Assembly: GCA_966211855.1 (NCBI GenBank)
Contig: CBIHQL010000001.1
Location: 1 to 31,932 of the forward strand
Length of the DNA: 31,932 nt
Source: an uncultured bacterium
GTDB taxonomy: Bacteria > Cyanobacteriota > Cyanobacteriia > FACHB-46
Direction of reading: 5' to 3'
The notes under the pieces are model-generated. The model saw nothing but the letters and a program-made list of their open reading frames with translations. It made no database searches and was not told the origin of the DNA. The first letter of the stretch is position 1. Every line of letters begins with the position of its first letter. Made by a program: the position numbers and the translations under genes. Shown here piece after piece: positions 17,923 to 27,547 of this stretch.

Positions 17923-18340
17923 GGCGTTTGCTCAGGGTAACGACGGCTCTTCTGCGCAATCTCGGTCGATGCAGCCAGATTACGTGCAGTTGACTCGCTT
18001 CCTAATCCAACCTTTTTTAGAATCACCGGAGTCTTTAAAAATAGACTGTGAGTGCTCTTCTAATCGACCTAGGGTTTGGATTAGGTTGGCGTTTGACAGC
18101 ACTGATAAAGGGCGTGTCTTTGGTCGAGGCGGGCGCAATATCCAAGCAATCCGGACTGTCTTAGAAGCGGCAGCTCAGCTTGCAGGTCAGGTTGCTCATT
18201 TAGAAATCTTTGGGGGCGAACCCAGCGCTCACCGTGATGAAAGCTCAGACAGTGAAGCTGGTAGTAGCAAACCCCTACCGCAACGTTCTGCTCCGCCGAA
18301 ATCTCCACCGAAGCTGCGGCCTCAGTCGGATGTAAATTAG
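17897..18340 (+). CDS. khpA: KH-domain RNA-binding protein KhpA
   Basis: [19 protein letters not shown] motif and position after rpsP. An alternative in-frame start is GTG 17915. Confidence 0.88.
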   Translation: MSLNRSVPEAFAQGNDGSSAQSRSMQPDYVQLTRFLIQPFLESPESLKIDCECSSNRPRVWIRLAFDSTDKGRVFGRGGRNIQAIRTVLEAAAQLAGQVAHLEIFGGEPSAHRDESSDSEAGSSKPLPQRSAPPKSPPKLRPQSDVN

Positions 18341-18421
18341 GAATGATTGAGCAAGTCATTGCGATGCGGTTGGCAAGGCGTACTTGCTGCTAACAAACAG
18401 ACTTAACCTGAGTAACCTGAT

Positions 18422-18431
18422 AAGGAGGTGA
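18422..18431 (+). promoter_or_regulatory. Extended Shine-Dalgarno AAGGAGGTGA of rpsU
   Basis: 10 contiguous nt complementary to the 16S 3' tail (AUCACCUCCUU), 9 nt before GTG 18441. Confidence 0.85.
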
Positions 18432-18440
18432 GCAAAGCGA

Positions 18441-18614
18441 GTGGCAGAAGTTCGTCTAGGCGAGAATGAGTCTATTGAATCAGCGTTAAGACGTTTCAAG
18501 AAAAAAATTCAGAAAGCTGGAATTTTATCGGAAGTTAAACGTCGTGAGCGCTACGAAAAACCCAGTATTCGTCGTAAGCGCAAGTCAGAAGCTTCTCGTA
18601 AGCGCCGTCCCTAA
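18441..18614 (+). CDS. rpsU: 30S ribosomal protein bS21 (57 aa, absent from the ORF track)
   Basis: Manual translation from GTG: [57 protein letters not shown]. Confidence 0.97.
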   Translation: MAEVRLGENESIESALRRFKKKIQKAGILSEVKRRERYEKPSIRRKRKSEASRKRRP

Positions 18615-18706
18615 GTGAATCTTCATGATTCCCAGGTCTTCCTGTATTTGGTACATCGATTTGCATTTGGCTTTGTTGTCAAATGCATCACAAATTTAAA
18701 GCGAGT

Positions 18707-18749
18707 AGACGCCTGACAACCAGATTCAAAAGGGTGCAGGCGTCTTTTT
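18707..18749 (+). terminator. Intrinsic terminator-like hairpin between rpsU and phoH
   Basis: AGACGCCTG (18707-18715) pairs with CAGGCGTCT (18737-18745), followed by TTTT. A second hairpin TGCATTTGGC/GTCAAATGCA lies at 18662-18687. Confidence 0.55.
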
Positions 18750-18774
18750 GCCATTTAGGAGAAATCATTTTTGC

Positions 18775-19728
18775 ATGGTAGAGGCCGCATCCATTCCGTT
18801 GCCCAGTGCTGAGAGTGCGATCGCCCTAGCTGGCTCTCAGGAAGAAAACCTCAAAACGCTCTCTCGCCAAACAGGGGCTACCCTCGTGCTTCGGGGTCAA
18901 GAACTGCTGATCTCTGGTACGGCAAATCAAGTCGATCTCACTTGTCGCTTAGTGCGATCGCTCGAAGATTTGTGGAGCAAGGGCAAAAGTATTTCTAAAG
19001 CCGATATTTTGACCGCTCGTCAAGCCCTCGACACCGATCGGCAAGAGGAACTGTACTCGATCCAGCACGACATTTTGGCTCGCACCCGTCGCGGTGAAGA
19101 AATTCGGGCCAAAACATTTCGGCAGCGGCAGTATATCCAAGCCGTACGCACCCACGACTTGACGTTTTGTATTGGGCCTGCGGGGACAGGAAAAACTTTT
19201 TTGGCAGCAGTTTTAGCCGTTCAAGCATTACTTGCAAACCAATGTGAACGGTTAATTTTGACGCGGCCTGCCGTGGAAGCGGGTGAGAAACTTGGTTTTT
19301 TACCAGGTGATTTGCAGCAGAAGGTCAACCCTTATCTGCGGCCTCTCTATGATGCTTTGTATGAATTTATCGACCCGGAGAAAATCCCAAATTTGATGGA
19401 GCGGGGTGTGATTGAAGTCGCACCGATCGCTTACATGCGGGGTCGCACTCTCAATAATGCTTTCGTAATTTTGGATGAAGCCCAAAATACCACGCCAGCA
19501 CAGATGAAAATGCTGTTAACCCGGTTAGGGTTTCAATCGCGCATGGTTGTTACGGGTGACCTGACTCAAACTGATTTGGCAGCGAATCAGACATCTGGTT
19601 TAGCGGTGGCTCAAAAAATTCTTCAGCATGTTGAAGGCATTGCGTTTTGCCACCTGTCTCAAGCAGATGTGGTGCGTCACCCGTTAGTGCAGCGGATTGT
19701 GGCTGCTTACGAGCAATACGAAAAATAG
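18775..19728 (+). CDS. phoH: PhoH family ATPase (PhoH/YbeZ-like)
   Basis: GPAGTGKT, LTRPAVEAGEKLGFLPG, YMRGRT and DEAQN motifs. ATG 18775 is the preferred start. Confidence 0.95.
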   Translation: MVEAASIPLPSAESAIALAGSQEENLKTLSRQTGATLVLRGQELLISGTANQVDLTCRLVRSLEDLWSKGKSISKADILTARQALDTDRQEELYSIQHDILARTRRGEEIRAKTFRQRQYIQAVRTHDLTFCIGPAGTGKTFLAAVLAVQALLANQCERLILTRPAVEAGEKLGFLPGDLQQKVNPYLRPLYDALYEFIDPEKIPNLMERGVIEVAPIAYMRGRTLNNAFVILDEAQNTTPAQMKMLLTRLGFQSRMVVTGDLTQTDLAANQTSGLAVAQKILQHVEGIAFCHLSQADVVRHPLVQRIVAAYEQYEK

Positions 19729-19748
19729 TCTTCTGCGATTAGCAAGTC

Positions 19749-20594
19749 ATGAAGTTTGGAATCCGATCTGAATGGCAACGCTGGAAGTGGGTGCGATCGC
19801 AAATTTTGCAGTGGATTGTGGCATTACTGTTGCTTTTGAGTAGTGCCACAGCCGCCCATGCAGGTGCCCTAGCCGATCGCGTCGCCGCCTTTCCAGAATG
19901 GCAGGGCAAGCCTCCTGTGCAAGCTGCTGTGGGTGATCTGGTTTACCCCGACTGGTTTGCAGGCAATTGGGATGTCAGCAGTACGCTTGTCGATTTAGCA
20001 GCTCCCCTAGCACCAGAGATTGTCAGCCCTGGCTTTGAAAGCAATCGCCAGTATTTGCAACAACCCATTCACTTCCCGGTGCGGTTCGGGGCAGATACTC
20101 GCCAAAATGGGCGATCGCTTTTACCAACACCTCAGCCTGCCCTTTCGACAAACATTGTGGCGGATCGGGCTTTTAACGGCTTGAACATTGCCAAAGCTTA
20201 TCTGGGCGATCGCGCGGTCTTAGCTGTGAAGGTAGACCCCAACAACCCCAATCGGCAAATCACGCGGCTGCAAGGCGATCGCCAGTTAGTTTCAATCGTG
20301 GCGGAGCGAGCGACAGAAACCCCGACTCCAGAGCAATTTATTACCACAGAAGTTTTTCAGCAGCAGTTTCGCAGTAACTCGCAGCTTTACTTTAATCAAG
20401 TCGAAACCACGACCGCCTATCAGCATGTTTCAACGGCTAACTCAAATGAGCCTGCGATCGTTGCTGACCAAATCACAGCGGTTTATCTATCGCCACAAGA
20501 CCCTGACTACTTTAAAGCGAGTCGGCTCGGGGATGCTCAGCCTGTCGCCCTCTATCGCTATCGGCTAGAGTTTATCGCCCATCCGGTTAACTAA
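19749..20594 (+). CDS. Exported/membrane-anchored hypothetical protein (resembles DUF6816)
   Basis: 281 aa with a signal-like N-terminus. Motifs DLVYPDWFAGNW and VADRAFNG are recalled for DUF6816; not verified. Confidence 0.7.
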   Translation: MKFGIRSEWQRWKWVRSQILQWIVALLLLLSSATAAHAGALADRVAAFPEWQGKPPVQAAVGDLVYPDWFAGNWDVSSTLVDLAAPLAPEIVSPGFESNRQYLQQPIHFPVRFGADTRQNGRSLLPTPQPALSTNIVADRAFNGLNIAKAYLGDRAVLAVKVDPNNPNRQITRLQGDRQLVSIVAERATETPTPEQFITTEVFQQQFRSNSQLYFNQVETTTAYQHVSTANSNEPAIVADQITAVYLSPQDPDYFKASRLGDAQPVALYRYRLEFIAHPVN

Positions 20595-21041
20595 GCTAGA
20601 GCTAGCTGTTTGCCCTTCAACATGCTGTTTCAATTCACGAGCCATGCGCTTTAGACCTTGCTGCTCATCTTGGCGAATCAAAGGCCAGAAAATGCGGCTT
20701 AACCATCCCGTAAAACTTTCTTGGTGGATGTATTTGGTACGCTGAGCATCGATCGCTTGCAGTTCAAAAACATGCTCATTGGCTAGCCCCGGAATTGCTG
20801 ATACCCACCTCAAACACACTTCTGGTTGCACCAAAGTGACCAATGCCTGAAACTCAATGTCTGCTTCCCCAGGGACGCGCCGCACCGAGAGAAAGACTTC
20901 TTGACCGGGTGTAAATGGGCGGTTACTGTCACAGTCGTAAAGAAAAGTATTCCAATACATCCATTGCTCTTTCTGCACCAAGGCTTGCCAGACTTGAAGT
21001 TTGGGAGCATCAATTTCAATTTCGGTATAAAGATTGGGCAT
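20565..21041 (-). CDS. SRPBCC domain protein
   Basis: LYTEIEIDAPKLQVWQAL....W..WN and C-terminal GLKRMARELKQHVE. The 3' end overlaps the convergent gene by 30 nt. Confidence 0.82.
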   Translation of the reverse strand: MPNLYTEIEIDAPKLQVWQALVQKEQWMYWNTFLYDCDSNRPFTPGQEVFLSVRRVPGEADIEFQALVTLVQPEVCLRWVSAIPGLANEHVFELQAIDAQRTKYIHQESFTGWLSRIFWPLIRQDEQQGLKRMARELKQHVEGQTASSSLVNRMGDKL

Positions 21042-21185
21042 AGCTAAGACTCAAGCCGTTGGGGTGGCTCACTATAGGGGTATATCTGAAGTTTGAAGCG
21101 CTCAGACCGGGCGAACTCATTATTTCGCAGCTCGCAGAGTACTTCAAGATACCTTTTGAATCTCAGTAGAGGCAGCAGCGAAATT

Positions 21186-22577
21186 ATGGTTAACTTGACC
21201 CCCAATCCCAGTTTTAGTTTAACGATTCGATGTCAACTGCCTAATCGAGCCGGAATGCTAGCCAGCGTCACTCATGCGATCGCTACAGCGGGTGGCAATC
21301 TAGGGCAAATTGATTTAATCGACCAAACTCGTCAAGTGTCGATTCGCGACATTACGGTAGATGCTGCGAGCACCGAACATGCAGAAACGATTGTGCAAGC
21401 GGTCAAAGGTTGTGCAGATATCAAAGTCATCAATGTTTATGACCGGACGTTTAATTTGCATCGCGGTGGCAAAATTAGCGTCACCAGTAAAATGTCACTG
21501 CGTAACCAGAGTGATTTGGCGATGGCTTATACGCCCGGTGTCGGCAGGATTTGCACGGCGATCGCTCAAGATCCCGAACAGGTTTACTCACTCACGATCA
21601 AGCAAAATACTGTGGCGATCGTTACGGATGGTAGCGCGGTGTTGGGGCTGGGTAATCTTGGCCCCGAAGCTGCTCTGCCTGTCATGGAAGGCAAAGCGAT
21701 GCTGTTTAAAGAGTTTGCCGGATTGGATGCTTTCCCACTTTGTTTAGCCACCCAAGATGTAGATGAAATCGTCGCCACGGTTAAAAATATGGCACCTGTT
21801 TTTGGTGGTGTGAACTTAGAAGATATTGCGGCACCGCGTTGCTTTGAGATCGAAAATCGTTTGCGCCGAGAGTTGAATATTCCGGTGTTTCACGATGATC
21901 AGCATGGCACTGCGATCGTGACTTTGGCAGCGCTAACCAATGCGTTAAAGCTGGTACACAAATCTCTCGATCAAGTACGCATTGTCATTAATGGAGCCGG
22001 AGCCGCCGGGGTTGCGATCGCCCGACTGTTGCAGAAAGCAGGCGCAACAACGATCTGCATGTGTGACTCCAAAGGAATTCTCGGCAACAATCGAAGCGAT
22101 TTGACAGAAGAGAAGCGCGAGTTTGCGATCGCCAAAAGTGGTACCCTAGCAGGCGCGTTGCAAGGTGCCGATGTCTTTTTAGGGGTAAGTGCGCCAGGAG
22201 CATTAACACCAGAAATGGTACAAGGCATGAACCGCGAGCCAATTATCTTCGCAATGGCTAACCCTATCCCTGAAATTCAACCCGAACTCATCACTGATGA
22301 TGTCGCTGTCATGGCAACGGGTCGTAGCGATTATCCTAACCAAATTAATAACGTCTTGGCGTTTCCAGGCATCTTTCGGGGAGCCTTAGATTGTCGAGCG
22401 ACTACCTTAACCACTCGCATGTATTTAGATGCTGCTGCCGCGATCGCCTCATTAATTAATCCAGTCGATCTCGATCGCGAACATATCGTGCCGTCTGTCT
22501 TCGATTTACGGGTGGTGCCTGCGGTAGCTGCTGCGGTGCAAAGAGCCGCCCGTGAAGACGGAGTTGCCCGCAGCTAA
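21186..22577 (+). CDS. NAD(P)-dependent malic enzyme with N-terminal ACT domain
   Basis: AYTPGVG, NLEDIAAP, FHDDQHGT, GAGAAG, FAMANP and NQINNVLAFPG motifs. ATG 21186 is the preferred start. Confidence 0.95.
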   Translation: MVNLTPNPSFSLTIRCQLPNRAGMLASVTHAIATAGGNLGQIDLIDQTRQVSIRDITVDAASTEHAETIVQAVKGCADIKVINVYDRTFNLHRGGKISVTSKMSLRNQSDLAMAYTPGVGRICTAIAQDPEQVYSLTIKQNTVAIVTDGSAVLGLGNLGPEAALPVMEGKAMLFKEFAGLDAFPLCLATQDVDEIVATVKNMAPVFGGVNLEDIAAPRCFEIENRLRRELNIPVFHDDQHGTAIVTLAALTNALKLVHKSLDQVRIVINGAGAAGVAIARLLQKAGATTICMCDSKGILGNNRSDLTEEKREFAIAKSGTLAGALQGADVFLGVSAPGALTPEMVQGMNREPIIFAMANPIPEIQPELITDDVAVMATGRSDYPNQINNVLAFPGIFRGALDCRATTLTTRMYLDAAAAIASLINPVDLDREHIVPSVFDLRVVPAVAAAVQRAAREDGVARS

Positions 22578-22617
22578 CTATCTAGACCACTTTGGATTTT
22601 CTAGTCATAACCCAGCG

Positions 22618-23049
22618 TTAGATAATACCAGGGCCACGACCGCGATCGTCATGATCCATCGTGAGTTTGCCTTTTTTGTCTTGATTGGCTTCAGAAATTT
22701 CTTCCATCCGGTCTGCTGCCAGATTTTCTTCCGACTCTCGCAGATCACCAGGTTCATTCACATACATTTCTGGCTCGATCGCGTAGTTATTGAGCAAGCC
22801 TTCGCGATCGACGGTATACCCATCTGTTGTACCGACACTTGACGCGTCAGTTTGGTCATCATTTTCAGCCCGTTGTTGGCTCACTTCCGTAGGTTGCTTT
22901 TTGAATGCGTCACCTTCACGCTCTTCACGGGCAGCGGTTTCTGCGGGTGTAATCCCCCGATCATAACGATTATCTGCCACCCGAGCTTGGGAATCAGCAG
23001 TGGCATAAGAACCATCAATATTTTGGTTTGAAAAATTTTGATTATCCAT
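22618..23049 (-). CDS. Acidic hydrophilic hypothetical protein
   Basis: 143-aa ORF with GAGG 7 nt before ATG. Core GYTVDREGLLNNYAIEPEMYVNEPGDL looks conserved; function unknown. Confidence 0.75.
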   Translation of the reverse strand: MDNQNFSNQNIDGSYATADSQARVADNRYDRGITPAETAAREEREGDAFKKQPTEVSQQRAENDDQTDASSVGTTDGYTVDREGLLNNYAIEPEMYVNEPGDLRESEENLAADRMEEISEANQDKKGKLTMDHDDRGRGPGII

Positions 23050-23446
23050 TTTATGACCTCAGCAAATAAAAATTGGTTGAATAATCACAGAATATTTTTA
23101 CAACTAATTCGGCGCGACTACCTAAAGGGGGGATGATGGATGAGCTATCCTCTATCTGAGGTCATACTCTTAATGGCAAATCTGACCAAAATTTCAAAAA
23201 TTATCGTAGCAATTTAACAACCAAACCTAAGCACAAATGGAGTTTGAGAATCTCTAGCGTGCTCAAAGATAAAAATACGAACTGCCCTAAAAGAAACAAA
23301 ACACATAAATCACCCACAATTTCTGCAACCTGGAAACTGATAGGTATTCAGAGCGATCGCTTTTAGTTCTCTAGATAGACACTTTATGGATGCAAAGTTG
23401 AAAGAATGAGCAGTTGAGTCTATTGTTTCTTTTTAGAAAATTTCAC

Positions 23447-24340
23447 ATGCAATTCAATTTTTTGGACTTATTTTGGGTCTTTTTATTATTCTCTTCCTTG
23501 CAGCCGATGTGGCAGCGCCGACAAGTTGAATCTCGTCGCATCCAGAGCTTGAGAAATCTCGAACAAGAGCATAATAGCCGTGTAATTCTGCTAATTCATC
23601 GGCAAGAATCGATTAATTTGTTAGGCATTCCGCTCTCACGCTACATCACCATTGAAGACTCAGAGCAAATTTTGCGTGCGATTCGCCTGACTCCAGATGA
23701 TGTGCCCATCGATTTGATTTTGCACACGCCCGGTGGCTTGGTTTTAGCAACTGAACAAATTGCCCGCGCCTTAATTCGCCATCCTGCCAAAGTGACGGTG
23801 TATGTGCCCCACTATGCGATGAGCGGCGGTACGATGCTGGCTTTAGCTGCTGATGAAATTGTCATGGACGCTAATGCTGTTTTAGGTCCGGTCGATCCTC
23901 AATTGGGCAACTTCCCAGCGGCTAGTGTGTTGAAGGTGGTTGAAGATAAACCGATTGGTGACATCGAAGATCAAACTTTAATCATGGCAGACTTAGCCGG
24001 TAAAGCCATGCAGCAAGTGCAGCGGTTTGTGCGGACTTTACTCAAAGACAACATACCACGCCAGAAAATTGAACCCGAAAAAATTGATGCGATCGTCGAA
24101 GCTCTGACAACTGGACGGGTGACCCACGACTACCCGATCACAGTAGAAGAAGCCACCGAAATGGGTCTACCCATTACAGTCGGGTTGCCAAAAGCCATCT
24201 ACAATCTCATGGAGCTATACCCTCAGCCCCAAGGAGGCAGACCTACCGTTCAGTACATTCCTATGCCATACGAACGTCGGCCTGCACTCCCCGAACCCAA
24301 AGGTCGTCCTCTCCCCGAAGGTGCTCAAGTTCGCCGTTAA
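23447..24340 (+). CDS. SDH-family Clp-fold serine protease (DUF114-like), N-terminally anchored
   Basis: LILHTPGG, AMSGGTMLALAADEI, LGPVDPQ and THDYPI motifs. ATG 23447 is the preferred start. Confidence 0.88.
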   Translation: MQFNFLDLFWVFLLFSSLQPMWQRRQVESRRIQSLRNLEQEHNSRVILLIHRQESINLLGIPLSRYITIEDSEQILRAIRLTPDDVPIDLILHTPGGLVLATEQIARALIRHPAKVTVYVPHYAMSGGTMLALAADEIVMDANAVLGPVDPQLGNFPAASVLKVVEDKPIGDIEDQTLIMADLAGKAMQQVQRFVRTLLKDNIPRQKIEPEKIDAIVEALTTGRVTHDYPITVEEATEMGLPITVGLPKAIYNLMELYPQPQGGRPTVQYIPMPYERRPALPEPKGRPLPEGAQVRR

Positions 24341-25302
24341 GCCCGACCCGCTGATACAGGAGTTCGGGATTGCTTACCGCTCAGGGGTATTTGACGAACC
24401 TGGGCGGCTTTGATGTTGCCTCGGCGTGCTTGCAGCAACAATTGCCAAGCGGCAGTTGAACCTACAGCAGGTAGACCAACTTGCGCAGCCGTTGTGAGAT
24501 TTTTCTGCTTGAGCGCAACCATTGTCCAGTGCAGGCGAATGTAGTTGCGAATGGTGCTTAGAGAAGGAATCACTGCTCGGTATTGCTGATTGACCCGCGC
24601 ATAGATCTTTTCCTTCATGGCGATATTGGTTGCCATCCGCGTCGGTAGGGCAATTCGGTGATCATATCCACCCTGCCAAACGGTTCTGTAGGCCAGGCAT
24701 TGATTGATGAAGATCGCATCTCCGTACTCTGCGATCCGAATCCAAGAATCAATGTCATCACAACTGGTTAGGTTAGTATCCCAGCCTCCAGATTCTAGAA
24801 AAGCATCGCGGCGGCAAGCCACTTGAATGGGTGTCCCAAAGGGAACTTGCTCAAGTAACATGCCGTAGTGAATATCGGCCTGCGGAATGTAGAATGCCTC
24901 ACCCGCACCAACTTTTCGGGTTCTACTAAGCTCATTACCTTCGTGGTCTACCTGAGCGGCTTGGCAAGAGCACAGCACTGCTTCTGGGCGTAAGGCGATC
25001 GCTCGTGACATCACCTCAATACAATCTGAGGCTAAATAATCATCATCATCGACCAGCTTGATCCAGTCGCCGCGAGCAATCTGGACTCCCTTATTCACTG
25101 CCCCAGCATGGCCTAAGTTCTCGGTGTTTCGGTGGTAGACCACGCGATCGCCCAAGCTGCGTACATAAGCTTCGGTGCCATCTGATGAGCCGTTATCAAC
25201 AACAACAATTTCACAAGGGAGCGTTTGAGAAAAGGCGGAAGCGATCGCTCGTTGAAGTAGAGCAAGACGGTTGTAGGTCGTAATGACAATACTGAATTTC
25301 AT
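24337..25302 (-). CDS. Glycosyltransferase family 2
   Basis: SIVITTYNR, VVDNGSSDGT, LVDDDD (DxD) and CDDIDSW. Its stop shares TTAA with the convergent gene. Confidence 0.92.
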   Translation of the reverse strand: MKFSIVITTYNRLALLQRAIASAFSQTLPCEIVVVDNGSSDGTEAYVRSLGDRVVYHRNTENLGHAGAVNKGVQIARGDWIKLVDDDDYLASDCIEVMSRAIALRPEAVLCSCQAAQVDHEGNELSRTRKVGAGEAFYIPQADIHYGMLLEQVPFGTPIQVACRRDAFLESGGWDTNLTSCDDIDSWIRIAEYGDAIFINQCLAYRTVWQGGYDHRIALPTRMATNIAMKEKIYARVNQQYRAVIPSLSTIRNYIRLHWTMVALKQKNLTTAAQVGLPAVGSTAAWQLLLQARRGNIKAAQVRQIPLSGKQSRTPVSAGRA

Positions 25303-25670
25303 AGAAAATATTTCCAGGGGGCGGATGCGATTTGGGATTCTATGAAGAAATAGTGTTCACTGAAGCGTGAAGCCAGAAAATTACGTAGATATACGGCCGT
25401 TCTTGCCCACCATAATCCGCAACTATTAGTTCGACCCTATGCCAGGATCTTAATTCACAAATTCTTTAACAAAATGCCTTTTTAAGGGTTGCATTATGAA
25501 GGCTTGATAAACATTAACGTTTACGCACTCAATAACTAAGTGTATACACGCAATAACTCAGTCAAGCAGTCGAAATTTATACCTAAAAATTAACACTTTT
25601 AATAGCCAAAGTCTCTAAGGCTTTTTCCTAAGATTAAGGATACGGGTAGGTATTGTGAGAGGGTCAAAGC

Positions 25671-26519
25671 CTAGTGAAATTTATACTTTAAGTTATTGCC
25701 CTCAACGACAATGACTCCTGAAGGTGTTTTAATGTAAAGCCGTCCATTTGCCATACGGGCAACAGATTCTAAGGCAGGCCGTGTATTTGGAGTGGGCTGT
25801 CTTGCTGGGGTGGAGGTAGAGACCTTTGCATCTATAGGGGTGGAGGCTGTCGGCTCAGAAGTAGTAGCAGCCTGCCATGATGCTGAATCAAACTGCGGAG
25901 GATTAACGACAGGTACGGTGGGTTGTGTGGGAGCTGAAGTTTGGGGTAGTTGCTGCTGTGACTCTGATTCTTTACTCTCGGGCGGGATAGAACTCAACCA
26001 GACGAGAGAATCAGTAATCGTAATCACGATCTCTGCGACCAAAGTTTTGATATACAACACGCCTTCGTGGCAGATAATCTCGCGGATGGGATACCACTGT
26101 TGGCGCTTTTCGACAAAGATCAAAACATTGAGCTGCATGGTGCGAGCCCAATTTCGACCATTACGAGTCCACCACTCCCGCCATAACAGCCGAGCCTCTG
26201 TGTAGTTGATATGGTAACCAGGCGGCACAGAGCGACGGAGATACTCCATAGTGCTACTCTGGCTAGCTGTGGGAGTCGGCGTAAAACCGTATTCCTGTAG
26301 AACTTGATGCAGTACTCCCCAGTACTCTGAGCTTTGCTTCGCAATCACTGCTGATACTTGCCCTGCGGTGAGCTTGGCGGTTGCGATTAAGCCACTCCGC
26401 TTCGCCAGCAATTGTGCTCCGTTAAATGTTGACTCAACTCTTAAGTTTTGATTAGACGCTAAAGTTGCCTCACCACTGACAAATTGGCGAATCAAGGCAA
26501 TATCGTCGAGAAGAGCCAT
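25671..26519 (-). CDS. Hypothetical protein with duplicated G-x-LYIKT beta motif
   Basis: 282-aa ORF; globular N-terminal part, P/S/T-rich linker and short C-terminal domain. Confidence 0.75.
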   Translation of the reverse strand: MALLDDIALIRQFVSGEATLASNQNLRVESTFNGAQLLAKRSGLIATAKLTAGQVSAVIAKQSSEYWGVLHQVLQEYGFTPTPTASQSSTMEYLRRSVPPGYHINYTEARLLWREWWTRNGRNWARTMQLNVLIFVEKRQQWYPIREIICHEGVLYIKTLVAEIVITITDSLVWLSSIPPESKESESQQQLPQTSAPTQPTVPVVNPPQFDSASWQAATTSEPTASTPIDAKVSTSTPARQPTPNTRPALESVARMANGRLYIKTPSGVIVVEGNNLKYKFH

Positions 26520-26546
26520 AAGAAGTAACTAGATTTAGCTATAGTC

Positions 26547-26555
26547 AGAGTTCCC
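26547..26555 (-). promoter_or_regulatory. J-box-like extended -10 element GGGAACTCT
   Basis: 27 nt upstream of ATG 26519 on the coding strand. Confidence 0.5.
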
Positions 26556-26638
26556 GATCAAAATGCTTGACTATCTTGAAAACCTCAGGTCTGGAGAAGC
26601 TTGATTAACTGCTCCATCATTCTATGACTAAACCATTT

Positions 26639-27046
26639 TTAGGCAACATGAAATTTAGAGTTAGCCTTTAAAGCACTAGGTTCAAACGCCTGTACCCACT
26701 GAATGAATGTGTCGGTAATGGCAGTTGGTTCAGTTTGACGCACCAGTAAGGCTAAGTAGCGAGCGGGTTGCTTAACCACAACTGCACAACAGCCCGCGCC
26801 ATGAATGACTGCGTGGTGAAACCCTTCAAGTTGTAGCGAGGAAATCAGGAGCGATCGCAACCCGAGTGCTTGGAAAATGGTTTGCACCCAGCCCATGTTA
26901 TTGCTTTCGCCTGTCATGAAATATTCTTTGGGCAGACCGTTGAGATCAAAAATCGCTGCGCCCACAATGCTATTAGCATAGGCAGCAATCACTTGGTCTG
27001 ACTCAGGTAGGGTGGAACTTGGCCCAGTCGGGTGATTGAATGACAT
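26639..27046 (-). CDS. Hypothetical protein, possible Roadblock/profilin-like fold
   Basis: ATG 27046 (MSFNHPTG) is preferred. Pattern IVGAAIFDLNGLP..F / helix / strands AVIHG..CAVVVK..YLALLV / helix. Confidence 0.65.
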   Translation of the reverse strand: MSFNHPTGPSSTLPESDQVIAAYANSIVGAAIFDLNGLPKEYFMTGESNNMGWVQTIFQALGLRSLLISSLQLEGFHHAVIHGAGCCAVVVKQPARYLALLVRQTEPTAITDTFIQWVQAFEPSALKANSKFHVA

Positions 27047-27547
27047 AGTTAGCTCACTTGATCGGTGGGTGAACTTGATGGGATGCAATACAGGCGGCGT
27101 CAAGTCCAGGGCTCTCAATTCATTCAGTAACAATCAACAGGCTCTGAGGGGGCAAATATCCTTAAAACCGAAGATCGATCTCAGAAATAATATGAGCAAT
27201 GGGCACAGCTAGTTACTGCATTTATCTACTATTGTTCTAGCTGAATCCTTAGCTAGCGAAGTAACTATATTGATGTTTATAGGGTTAAGATGCAGCCTCT
27301 ATTGCTATCTAAACTCAGACTACACAATTTTGCTCATCGACAGCGACCGTAAAATCGCTCACATGTTTCGTGAAAGATATTTCCAATTCCACTGCACTTT
27401 GTAAAACTGGGTTGAAGCTCACTGCGATCACACACGATTAACAATCATTAGAGGCCGATCGCTCACCCCATTGATGCAATGCTAAGTTCCCCTCAGCCCT
27501 TCCGCTAAACTAAAAGCATTGGTTCATCATTCGTTATCAACTGGCTC

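Noticed and set aside
23118-23161. Short imperfect palindromes (CTACCTAAAGGGGG, CCTC-N5-GAGG) upstream of the acidic hypothetical gene
   Set aside because: Only 4-bp arms, not distinguishable from chance without comparative data.
24337-24340. Two stop codons sharing the palindrome TTAA
   Set aside because: A common arrangement for convergent genes; no further signal.
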